Assembly: GCA_964629545.1 (NCBI GenBank)
Contig: CAZVRY010000001.1
Coordinates: 27,305 to 91,304, forward strand
Source: an uncultured Verrucomicrobiota bacterium
GTDB taxonomy: Bacteria; Verrucomicrobiota; Verrucomicrobiia; Limisphaerales; CAZVRY01
Direction: 5' to 3'
DNA length: 64,000 nucleotides
The position numbers were made by a program, and so were the translations under genes. Under the pieces are notes generated by a model. That model saw nothing but the letters and a program-made list of their open reading frames with translations, was not told where the DNA came from and did no database searches. This document shows, one piece after another, positions 36,801 to 44,600 of the stretch. Within the stretch, counting starts at the first letter, position 1; each line of letters starts with the position of its first letter.

Positions 36801-38145
36801 GACTCCGTTCGCCAAAGCCAGCCCCGTCCTGGGCATAGCGAATCGAGCGAGCAAGCCGGCCCCCGCGTCCGTCACCGGCCAACACGACCAGGTCTCCGCC
36901 CACGCCCGCCACCACTCCCATCAGCAAGTCCGCCGCTGCCGTGTCGATGCCACTCTGAAGTTCCAACGCCGGGCCTCCGGCCGCGAGCGCGTTGAATCGA
37001 TAAACCGCCAGCCGATGGCCTCCCCCTTCCCGAACGGCGATTCGCCAACTCGATCCGCCTTCCAAAGAGAAAACATCCTCGAGAGCAACCGGCACGGCCA
37101 ACCGAACCGGCGCCGCCATCGTCGTGGTCCCGTCGCCCGCTCCGGACAACCGCAACCATGTCAGCTCCAGCCGGCCAGCCTCAAACACGAGCAAATCCGC
37201 GACCCCAGCGCTCGCCTGCATGGCCAGCGCCCGCGCGGCCGCGGTCATTCCCGCCAGACCGGCCGACGTGATGACTCCCCGATCAGCCCCGCCGAAATGG
37301 TGGACTTCGATCCGGAGACCGCCCGGAGCCGCGCGCAGGACGAAGTTCCGCATCCCGGCGACGGCACCGAGATTCGCGCGCCCCAAGAACGTGACGTCCG
37401 CTCCGAACGGTTCTTCCACCTGGACTTGGAAGGACGCGGCCTGGAAGCGCAGGAGATGCAGGTGGTCCGTTGCGGGGCTGTCGTTGAGGCTGCTGACGAC
37501 CACCAATTGCGGCCGGTCCGAACCACCGGTGGGCGATGCTCCGCCCGCTACCAGCGTGGGCCCCTGCCCCCACATGGGAACGGGCATCACGTCCGTGACG
37601 GCCGGCTCCACCCCACTCCAAGCCCATCGCACCACCCGGTTGGCGGTCGGTGAGACAAGCACCAACGAGTCACGATCAGGATGGTCGAAGCGATCGACCG
37701 CCACCGACGTGACCGCGGGCAGGCCGCTTGGGAAAACCTCGCCCCAGGCCAGATCGCCGTCCGCCTGGCCGCGGCCCAACCGGATCAAGCCGCTTTCCCG
37801 ATCCACGACAGCCACATCGCGGTTGCCATCGCCGTCGAAGTCCCCCGGAAGCCACAGTTCCGAGCCCGCCTGGAAACCTTGGCCGCGAAGGTCGGAGGAG
37901 ACGAACGCGCAAAAGACCGCGAGGAACAAGCGAGCCGACCGCGACGCGCACGCGGCCCGTGAACTTATCAGTCCGGTGGGGCGAGGCTCCCGACGAGCCG
38001 CCTTCGCCAAGGCTTCGGCGCCCACGGCCGTGCGTGCGGCTACCAAGTGGGTCGACTGACTCGGGGTACTCACAGGACGGCTCGCGAGGACGCTCGCCCC
38101 ACCATGCCGCCAGTGGGTCAGGTTCATGCTGAGAGGTGGTCTCAT
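30883..38145 (-). CDS. Giant cassette protein 3, copy B (2420 aa)
   Basis: The ATG at 38145 overlaps the gene-2 stop (ATGA). It has a hydrophobic helix 'LFLAVFCAFVSS', the FG-GAP/VCBS-like motif 'LWLPGDFDGDGNRDVAVVDRESG', and TSP3-like runs 'DCDGDGVPDFVE..DPCASHRDADNDGVSDLAELLNRTDPLD' and 'DAAADADRDGVSDLEELRRGTDP'. It is colinear with 18820..25794 and carries one additional ~130-aa C-terminal module. Confidence 0.85.
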   Translation of the reverse strand: MRPPLSMNLTHWRHGGASVLASRPVSTPSQSTHLVAARTAVGAEALAKAARREPRPTGLISSRAACASRSARLFLAVFCAFVSSDLRGQGFQAGSELWLPGDFDGDGNRDVAVVDRESGLIRLGRGQADGDLAWGEVFPSGLPAVTSVAVDRFDHPDRDSLVLVSPTANRVVRWAWSGVEPAVTDVMPVPMWGQGPTLVAGGASPTGGSDRPQLVVVSSLNDSPATDHLHLLRFQAASFQVQVEEPFGADVTFLGRANLGAVAGMRNFVLRAAPGGLRIEVHHFGGADRGVITSAGLAGMTAAARALAMQASAGVADLLVFEAGRLELTWLRLSGAGDGTTTMAAPVRLAVPVALEDVFSLEGGSSWRIAVREGGGHRLAVYRFNALAAGGPALELQSGIDTAAADLLMGVVAGVGGDLVVLAGDGRGGRLARSIRYAQDGAGFGERSRRSLPSITPWTLGANLLFLPGPPFLSEGMLPIARQRVGDWTKSLTLGPSPGSGSVVAERFGGATVGLATPAEVALSVPMGTVAGLVNQYRPNVSAFSWAPMNGDPQPGVALYPPAGTYSPGIVISANPSPASVAEPGRIWYRADKGEWRSSTGEIGPLSRTTTFEFCWRRERDGARGTIRQAVYSIRLTEPLADCDGDGVPDFVERSYGLDPCASHRDADNDGVSDLAELLNRTDPLDPASQPPDTATLRPAPEWAVQVLLAPHSHTGVAGVPPVFAPSLPKGPAGSAENHPTRIWLYDLYGRAPAGAFPGRVTPDERASSVTYAETHALLSPPGAFPAARFSAVDASFQPGLLLASTQDRFAIRLPDGTLGTNRGRELVSFVLPPSTPPDPFRFVRGTGSEAEETARWLAEAIAFYEIRPSATQTADLDGLSTMEVLLVEHAVAQFLFQRGSLHAPRLTLTPFRTLESLAAPDANPVPSGSYVPFPEELRQALESSSNPRFPAYALTEIRAFIHGVLHDAGDPAGQALRNLAFEFYRISALSPEPAASIPPSPIDAIRSFLSGGSLHQALVTSSRWELSIAQMEEARAAAAALPGRVPARLEREWTARLTADLAPGECIALAEQGSGQGLALVDARGAAPFLGLGYALPAGALLRIRGYAWTGGSAACAGLAIQPTHLDLLELPTPPVQDGNANGVADSLELYYLGMLIIDAAADADRDGVSDLEELRRGTDPRQGIPVQPFLAFGFPTTPLGHATLAFESTAQLAVRNLTASGEDGLRFEPGDVQGLRVDFDRIVDVRTMPDGAVFRATAAGVDGATLAGLRLVRDPFYATMFDALPDFAGVNSATYGLRLYEGAKLLHESSRRTAPPPGSWPFTSEVLPTFLPSSIRLSIRPDVGPVFECTFTSPQTITVVNDRTFSYFFADRIEFYPDGLGRIVPSSLSSLALQCSGLEERTIIGAASTQFGQEFRGAYGATLLSTAGELLIRRTWPSPPPLPSPLPPAVRATWALGNPLGLYGDWHLGNPGRFEAANLDDLVLGYLDLTDAPSSPLLSGRFRAGKSVARLAMTFPDLTDDAVVKVTAGGSLESGPGAATIPLATLSLTRRGSRMVLAAGPEPSSMRTQPGPDAHPRPEDYRLEVRLADGSVRSFIGLPEALPAGWESSAGVPASVLTAAVEPDGSLSLGLELADASSPLTVPLPGGETIAATAIAWNLKLARPLVPGSLRGLVFAGNQAAPLRLSGLSTSTANPSEATFVGGRLARPLGNARLRPDGFGSLVVNGLSASGQDGIAVNLPGGLPFDLELGRLGYSSGQGPASGATLDLRLLPTDGASVPETVLSGDAIPSTPYVRFGVRFPGLRATTFTLRWSLAGRELPAVAGLPVTAEGVAGPLIPYTLPDRVSARAVGGQLAWTLTWNRLTGAEMIGVGAQSVDRVDLISDNAERAPTANLLEFRASHFGSWTLPMFAGRSAPTAPEIRLNLDGGLLHLEWDEAPSTLARIRFANTILGPWQELGPGRPLPSGRRGIVLEPTGAQGYASVGAPNPAEGCLDVTTDAVGPRPNPWRNAGWTFTRASATGVPGPENLVQEFGGLSALSFGERMEVELPAPATAVQVTFRQFGGPVTFVAFDDAGEAGREVTSAEPTSDFSATVNLNARASRPLRRIQILGAGNTVHLRSLCLRPPAPASALDSRSCLPIQAAEVGSLPNPWVQGDLTLTARDSSGVVAPAAQISRYPDIPHTGYEVEYQAELLFAQPCPYVEIEYYSGSGLIEFQPYDDAGAALPLFRLNRATSFYGETVAFTGTPRPIARVVVTTPGGRTRLLKICGGPVPTLFRRNVAELALTPTRNPQPMTDTLWTFKDGTGALATSTMRPVAGETGLELTAETLIEFAADQRAVELRIAVAEGGATLSVEARAAGGGTFAILPATTYTPGVHLLVLDDVCRSGDCGYVVRNVLVKMSSGRAIVSRLGTPFLEE

Positions 38146-41100
38146 GGAATCGTGATAGCGTCCGAGTGGGTGACGTTGTCCACTTCCCCCTGTTCCGTGA
38201 AATGAACGAGCACGTATCGATAAGTCGCCTCCTGCACGGCGGGTTGGGTATCCTTCAAGTAAAACCGCACGATCGAAGCAGGCCCGGCCGGAACGGCGCG
38301 CAAGTCCACGAACGGATCCAGAAACGCCGTCCGGTCCAGACTGTCGATGATGACCGTGCGATGCGCGATCGCGCGCATCAAAGGCGAAACCTGGATGACA
38401 TCGCCGGACACCCTCGGGAAGGCGTCGTTGGGAACTTGGTACCGGTAGAGCACGCCAGGGAAGATGGCCGGCCGGAGCAAGGGGTCGTCGTCCGCCGCGG
38501 CCCCCAGCAGGTCTTGGGGATCGACCACGCCCTCAAGGGTGGGTGCGCCGCTTTGCGGGTCGCGCCTAATCTCCCCACGCACCTCGCCGATCTGCACGCC
38601 GAGATGGAACCGGCCGGAGTCCGCGTCGGTCCATGACTGAGGATTGAACAGCCTTTCCGGTGGCGGTGGACGCACTCCCACGACTCCCCCGCCCCCCACC
38701 AACGGGGCCAGGGCTAGCAAACCTCGCGCCGGCCAGACGACTGGCGCATCGCCCGCAAATGGAGCGGGCGACCACTGGAATTGGACCGGTTGGCTGAAGC
38801 CTCCCATCTGCGTCCGGCCACGGTCATCCGGAGCGCTCACCGCCTGGACCAGAAATGTATATTCGACCGCAGGATTTACCTCCACCACAGCCGTGAAAGT
38901 CGTGTCGCCGGGACGGCTGAAATCGCCTCCCACTCGCCCGGTTTCGTAAATGCGATAGGTTTTTCCATCGACTATCTCCAGCCGGACCCCTCGCGCCGAG
39001 TAGAGGCTTGAGGAGATTTGCGAAGGCAGGAGGGACGGGTCAGCCGTTCCGATGAGCACGCGAAACCGCTCGACCGCGAACGGCGGACAGAACCACTTCA
39101 GGGTCGCGACGGTCGACCGTCCATCCGGGGCGGTGGCCCCCTGGGGCGGGGCGGGCATGGGGATGGGTAACTGCTGCTGGCCCTGGGCGCGAACGCAGGC
39201 CAGCAGCGTCATCGGTCCGGCCAGCCCCTGGCTGTCATAATTCTGCAAGTAAAAGCAAATCTCCGCGGAGTTTCCGGGGAAGCCTGTGAACCACTCCTGG
39301 ACGGTGACCGGAGGGTTGTTGGTGCCTCGAGCCACGAGGGACAAGGGACCGTTGTCGATGGCCGCGTAAATCCTGTGCTCTCGCATCGTGCCGGCGTAGT
39401 GCACGGCGATGCCGATGGGCTGAATGCGTCCCGTCTCAGGATCGACCGTGGCATGCGGCCCGCAATCGCCTAGAGCCGTCCGCTCCCCGCGCACCGGCAG
39501 GCTGCGGAACGTGGCTTGGCTTCTCGACCAGGCGTTCGCGATCGGTCCGATCACCCCATCCGCCACGGGAGAAACCGCCCCATGCGCAGCCCCCACCCGA
39601 CAGCGGACGCGCCAGCGGACCGCGTCCGACCGAGGGATCCGAGCCCGCAAGGTCGAGACCGTTTCCCCGGTTCTAAACCAAACGCGTCCCAGGTAGCGGT
39701 CGCCCTCCAGGCCGACGCCGGCCGGGTCGGGTTGATCGAGCGCCGCCAAGTAATATTCCACCCACACGGTCGTGCGATCGCCGGGCGTCCGCTGACAGAT
39801 CAGCTCCAGCTCCTGGAGGGAGAAGGGAGAGGGCGCGCTCGACACGTTAGCCCACGAAACGAATTCAACCTGCGGCTGCAGACAGAACGTACTGATCTCC
39901 CCGCTCGCCCGCGCCGGCCCGTTCCAGCCGCGCAGAACTCCGGGAACCGGCGGGCTGTGTCCGGATAACAACCGGTCACCGCACGGCGCCGACCGCACCG
40001 CACGCACGGTGTACCAATAGGTCTTTTGATCGGCCAACGGCAGCATCGGCCGACTCGGGGAATCCTCGTCGGCCTCGTAAACCAGGGTGGACCGGTCGCC
40101 GGCGGGGATTTCCTTGAGCGGCGGGTTGGGCGCGCCCGGAGGTGGGGTCGTCACTTCCTCAGGCGAGTTCCAGCGATAAAGCAGGTAGGAATCGGTCGGG
40201 ACGGCCGCACTGTTGGTGGGGTTCCGACTCCAACGGATCTTGAAGAACTGGTCGGCTTTCCCATCGGCTGGATTGAAGCTCGAAGCTACTTCCACCGCAA
40301 CCTCACGGGGCGGGATCGGTGCCAACCGGCCGCAGATCGTGATCAACGCAGCAGGGGAGGCCACTCCCTCGCGCCCCAGGAGATCGCGGGCGACCACGTA
40401 ATAATAGAACTGTTCGCCGTCACGGAAGGGCTGTCCGCCTGGATCGTAGCGCAGGTTGTCATCCACCGCGTTGTAAGGGATCGGGGATTCGCCCGGCAGG
40501 TCGGCGCTGACATCGCCGGTTTCTCGCCGAGCTCGGAAACCGGCCACCTCAGCTTCGTTGAAGGTCTGCTCCGGGAAGGCCGGTTGCCGGCTGACGCGAA
40601 TGACGGCGGCGGGCTCGGTCTGACTCAGCCGGGACAGTTCGCCGGGCGCCGGGACCCGCACCGCGAAGTGGGCGGCCTGAGCGGCCGGCGTCACCCGGTA
40701 GATCTGGAAGCCTGCCTGCAAAAGCGATTCGGCCCGCAGGGCATCGGGAGTAGCCCAAAGCAAGCGAACGTTCAGGTCACCCCGAGGTCCTCTCCAACTC
40801 ACGTCCGTGGGAATGCCCGGTGCGGGCAGGGGCGCGCCGACTCCTCCGACGACCGTGACGCGTCCCATCACGGTGGTGCATTCGGTCCCGGGGTTGGTGG
40901 GGATGCGATCGCACACCCGCAGCTCGAACGTAGAAGGTGAACCGGAGGGAACCTCGGCGACAAAGGCCTGCCCGGCCGCGACCGCGATGGCCGGCTGGCT
41001 TCGGACCAGGAACTGAAGGGTCTGGCCCATTTCCGGGATGCCTTGGGCCGCCGTGAAAACCAGCCGAAGCTTGTCTTCCAGAGGCAAGGCCGGGGCTGGG

Positions 41101-41606
41101 ACAAGGTTGCCAAAGGCGCTTTGGACGAGATCGTTGACCATGTCGAGGTTCTCGCCCAACTGCTCGGCCCGCCGCAGGCCCGCCCGAATAACCGCCGGGT
41201 CCACGGTTCGGTTCACCAGCGAAACCAGTCGATAATCGCCCGACGACTCGGGAGGGCCGTCCTTGCGGTAGACGGCGATCACAGCGCGCTGGAGGAATTC
41301 GGGCTGGTCCGAGGCCCAGGTCAAGTAGGCCCAGCAGCGACCATCAGGGTTGCGAACGGACGTGGCGGCCGTGGTGGCAACTTGAGCCTCCAGCGCGGAA
41401 AAGGCCGGTGCGCATAGCCACCCGACCGCACCCAACAGAATCGGCAACCACCGATGATGGGGCAGCAGACCTCGAAGTTGGCCCAGGCGCCAAGTCAGGG
41501 AATTTAGCCCTCGGCCTGCGGCCCTTCCCGGCGCAGTCCGGGGACCCGCGGGCGGCGTTTGCATCCGAGACGTCGCCACGAATGCCAATGATGGATTCAT
41601 GATCAT
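38142..41606 (-). CDS. Giant cassette protein 2, copy B (1154 aa)
   Basis: The ATG at 41606 lies 10 nt after the gene-1 stop. It has an N-tail and then the helix 'WLPILLGAVGWLCAPAF'. It is colinear with 15333..18809. Confidence 0.85.
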   Translation of the reverse strand: MIMNPSLAFVATSRMQTPPAGPRTAPGRAAGRGLNSLTWRLGQLRGLLPHHRWLPILLGAVGWLCAPAFSALEAQVATTAATSVRNPDGRCWAYLTWASDQPEFLQRAVIAVYRKDGPPESSGDYRLVSLVNRTVDPAVIRAGLRRAEQLGENLDMVNDLVQSAFGNLVPAPALPLEDKLRLVFTAAQGIPEMGQTLQFLVRSQPAIAVAAGQAFVAEVPSGSPSTFELRVCDRIPTNPGTECTTVMGRVTVVGGVGAPLPAPGIPTDVSWRGPRGDLNVRLLWATPDALRAESLLQAGFQIYRVTPAAQAAHFAVRVPAPGELSRLSQTEPAAVIRVSRQPAFPEQTFNEAEVAGFRARRETGDVSADLPGESPIPYNAVDDNLRYDPGGQPFRDGEQFYYYVVARDLLGREGVASPAALITICGRLAPIPPREVAVEVASSFNPADGKADQFFKIRWSRNPTNSAAVPTDSYLLYRWNSPEEVTTPPPGAPNPPLKEIPAGDRSTLVYEADEDSPSRPMLPLADQKTYWYTVRAVRSAPCGDRLLSGHSPPVPGVLRGWNGPARASGEISTFCLQPQVEFVSWANVSSAPSPFSLQELELICQRTPGDRTTVWVEYYLAALDQPDPAGVGLEGDRYLGRVWFRTGETVSTLRARIPRSDAVRWRVRCRVGAAHGAVSPVADGVIGPIANAWSRSQATFRSLPVRGERTALGDCGPHATVDPETGRIQPIGIAVHYAGTMREHRIYAAIDNGPLSLVARGTNNPPVTVQEWFTGFPGNSAEICFYLQNYDSQGLAGPMTLLACVRAQGQQQLPIPMPAPPQGATAPDGRSTVATLKWFCPPFAVERFRVLIGTADPSLLPSQISSSLYSARGVRLEIVDGKTYRIYETGRVGGDFSRPGDTTFTAVVEVNPAVEYTFLVQAVSAPDDRGRTQMGGFSQPVQFQWSPAPFAGDAPVVWPARGLLALAPLVGGGGVVGVRPPPPERLFNPQSWTDADSGRFHLGVQIGEVRGEIRRDPQSGAPTLEGVVDPQDLLGAAADDDPLLRPAIFPGVLYRYQVPNDAFPRVSGDVIQVSPLMRAIAHRTVIIDSLDRTAFLDPFVDLRAVPAGPASIVRFYLKDTQPAVQEATYRYVLVHFTEQGEVDNVTHSDAITIP

Positions 41607-41616
41607 GGGGCGGAAA

Positions 41617-44600
41617 TCACGGGGTGACCTCGAACGATTGGGTGCCGGGCCGATAGGTGAAATGGAACCCCTTTGTCAACCCAACGCAGAAGGGACACGA
41701 ACCGAGTTTCAAGCCAAGCTGGCCGGCACCGTCGTAATATCCTCCATCGTCGGTCCCCACGGCGGCTAAGGCCACGTCTCCCGTGACCGAAAGGACGCAG
41801 AGCAGATCTCCCTTTACTCCCAGCATCATCTGGCCTCCATAGCGATCCGACTCGAAGTCGGCCAGCAGCCCAACCCCCATCCCCCCCGAGAGTTTTAGCA
41901 TGCAGGTCAAGGAAACGATCGGGATCCAGCCTTCCGCGTAGACGTAGAACCCGGTGAATGGCCGGTCCGGCCCCGAGAGCAACGCACTCGCTCTCGAGTT
42001 GACCTGCACGATGGGCGCCCTGGTACAGGTCCGTCCAAGAAATAGGGCACCCTGAACCTCAACCTCGCCGCCCGGTCCCATGCCCCCGTCAAACGAACCG
42101 CCCAAGTAATTCTCGTGCGCCCCGAACAGACAGGCCCCTGCTACCCGTTTGATCTTCACGGCGCCGAACGTCCTGTCCGGGGACCAGGTAAACCCTCCAC
42201 CCAACCCAGCCAGGTCGTGGTCAGGCTCGAAGCTCGCCTTGAGGTGAATCGAGAAGGCCATGTTGTCCCGAACGTGCTCGAGTTCCTCGGGTCCCTCGCT
42301 GAACTCATCGAGACTGGGGTCGCTGGGAGCGTAGACCGTTCGGTCCGAGCTCTGGTCGACCGAGAACTCCAGCAAGCACTCGGTCGCCTTCACCTCATGT
42401 GGGTTGCCGCAGGAACGCTCGCCCTCGGAATCGAGGGCGTTGATTTCAAATTTGACCCCGGCCTCGAATTTGAACTCCTTGCCGAGATCGACTCCGCCTT
42501 TCCCGTTCAGCCGGAGCTTCCGGACTTCGTCATGGCTGAACAGCACGGATCCTTCGGCATTCCCGAATCCCATTATCTTGTCCCAGGGTTCCACGATCTC
42601 GTTGTTGAAGGCTTGGGTTGCCGCATGCAGGACTTGGCGGCCCGCGGCGTCCATCATCCGCTGGAACAAGGCCAGGGCATCACCCAACGCGCCCACCCCA
42701 TCCTCCTCGATGCTGCGCAGGTGGTAGTTCATGACCTGACCCACGTGGTGGTTGAGCTCGGACATTACCAACCGGTTCCCCAATTCCGATTCGAGCCACC
42801 GCTTCAAGGCGTCCTCTTCGCCCGCCACGCTGGTCACGTGCTCGGCCACCCAGCGGGGCGAGGCGGTCGCTTCCCTGATCAGATCCTCCTCCAAGCGACC
42901 CAACAGCGTCGTCATCTCCGTCACGGCGATCGGATTGGCGAACAGTTCGTGCAACTCGAGGTAAAGATCCCCGGTCTCGGAGCCATACCGGGACTTCAAC
43001 TGCGCCACTCGCGCCGCCAAACGCCCCAGCAGGGCGGCCATCCGACCCATCTCTGCATCGAAGGAGCTCACGTAAGGCTCGAGCGCGGGGTAATCCAGCG
43101 TTCGGTCCAGGGTCACCAAGTCGATGAACCGCTTGGCCATCTTGGCGATTCGCACGTGGGGTCCCGCGATTTCCCTCCGAAGCCACCCCACCTCGGGATC
43201 ATAGAGCCACTTGAGGTTCGACTCCGCGGCGGTCAGGGTGCTGATGAGGTCACGCCGCAACCCTTCCTCCAAGACCGCCTCCATACGCCGCAGGCGGCCA
43301 GCGCCCAAGCGCATTTCGATCATTGCTTCCTGCACCCCGCTTCGCAGCAGTACGGGGTCGCATCCCCCGCCTTCCGGACACGCCGCACGCAGCTTCTCGC
43401 GGAGAACGGGGAGCACCTCCGCCACCAGGGTCCCGGCCAGGATCCTCAACTGTCCGCTCATCCGCTCGCCCGCCAACGACCGGACGGCTGCGAAGCCATT
43501 CCTCATTTCTGCCGTCAGGGTTTCGCCCAATTCTGTGGCCATGACTTCGGCCAGGTTCCACTGGGCGCCGCCGGGTCCAGTCAGCCTCAGCTCCTTCGAC
43601 GTCAAACGAACGCGCGGGATGCCTTCATGAGTCGCCCCCAGGTCAATCTGGATATCGCTCGCGGAAAGTCGTTTGAGTTCGCGCGAGGTCTGGATAAGTA
43701 AGAGATTGTCGTGCTCTACAGGTTCGAGACCCATGAACTCGCGCGTCGTGGCCGTCCATTGGATGGGAAAACTCAAGTTGATCACATCGAGGAAATCACC
43801 CTTGGCGAAAGGCAGGTGGTCAAGCTGGCGGGACTCCCGATAGCTGCGCCAAGTCGTATCCGCGCCCGGCGGCTTGCCTCGGTGCGTCAGATCGCCGAGC
43901 GGCTCCCAGGCCGGGATCCTGTCTTCGGTCCACCCGCCATTGAAGTAATAGAGGCTCTCCAAATCGTCCCGCCTTGCCAGGGTCGTGAGGTGCACGGGCG
44001 TGGCGCCGTAAAAGGGCAGCATGACGTGGCCAAAGAAGTTCAGCCACCCCCTCCCGGGTGGAGGGTCGCCTCGCTCGTCGTTGAAATAGGCCTTGGCCAA
44101 AATGAGAGGGTAAAGCTCCTTGGGCCGAGCACCCTCGAGCGCTCCGGCCACAGAGACTACCGAACCCGCCCCGAGGTAAAACGAAACGCTCGCCGGGCGG
44201 TCGGTATCCGCCGGGGTGATGATTTGGCCAAACGGGGACAGGTAAAGCGTTCCCGCCAGCGACTCCAGCACCCCCGACGCATGCACCACCGCGCCCAGAC
44301 CCAGAAAACGCCGTTGCGAGGCATCGCAATCCGCAAGGAACGGATCCAGGGGCGAGAACTCAATCCCACGCCCGTCCAAGTCCGCCGTCCAGTAAGCGAA
44401 GCCCAGCCGGTCGTGACCTTCGGCGATCAACGCCCGGTCCGGAGCCCCCACACAGGTGAACGTCAACTCGTCGAGGTAAAACCGTTCCCCTACCGGCAGG
44501 GGCACCTGAATCTCGCAACGGGTCCCGGACTGGATGTTCAGGTTCGAGAGGAAAGTCAGCGCGAATCTCCGGAACTCGAACGGGTAGCGGTAGATCAACA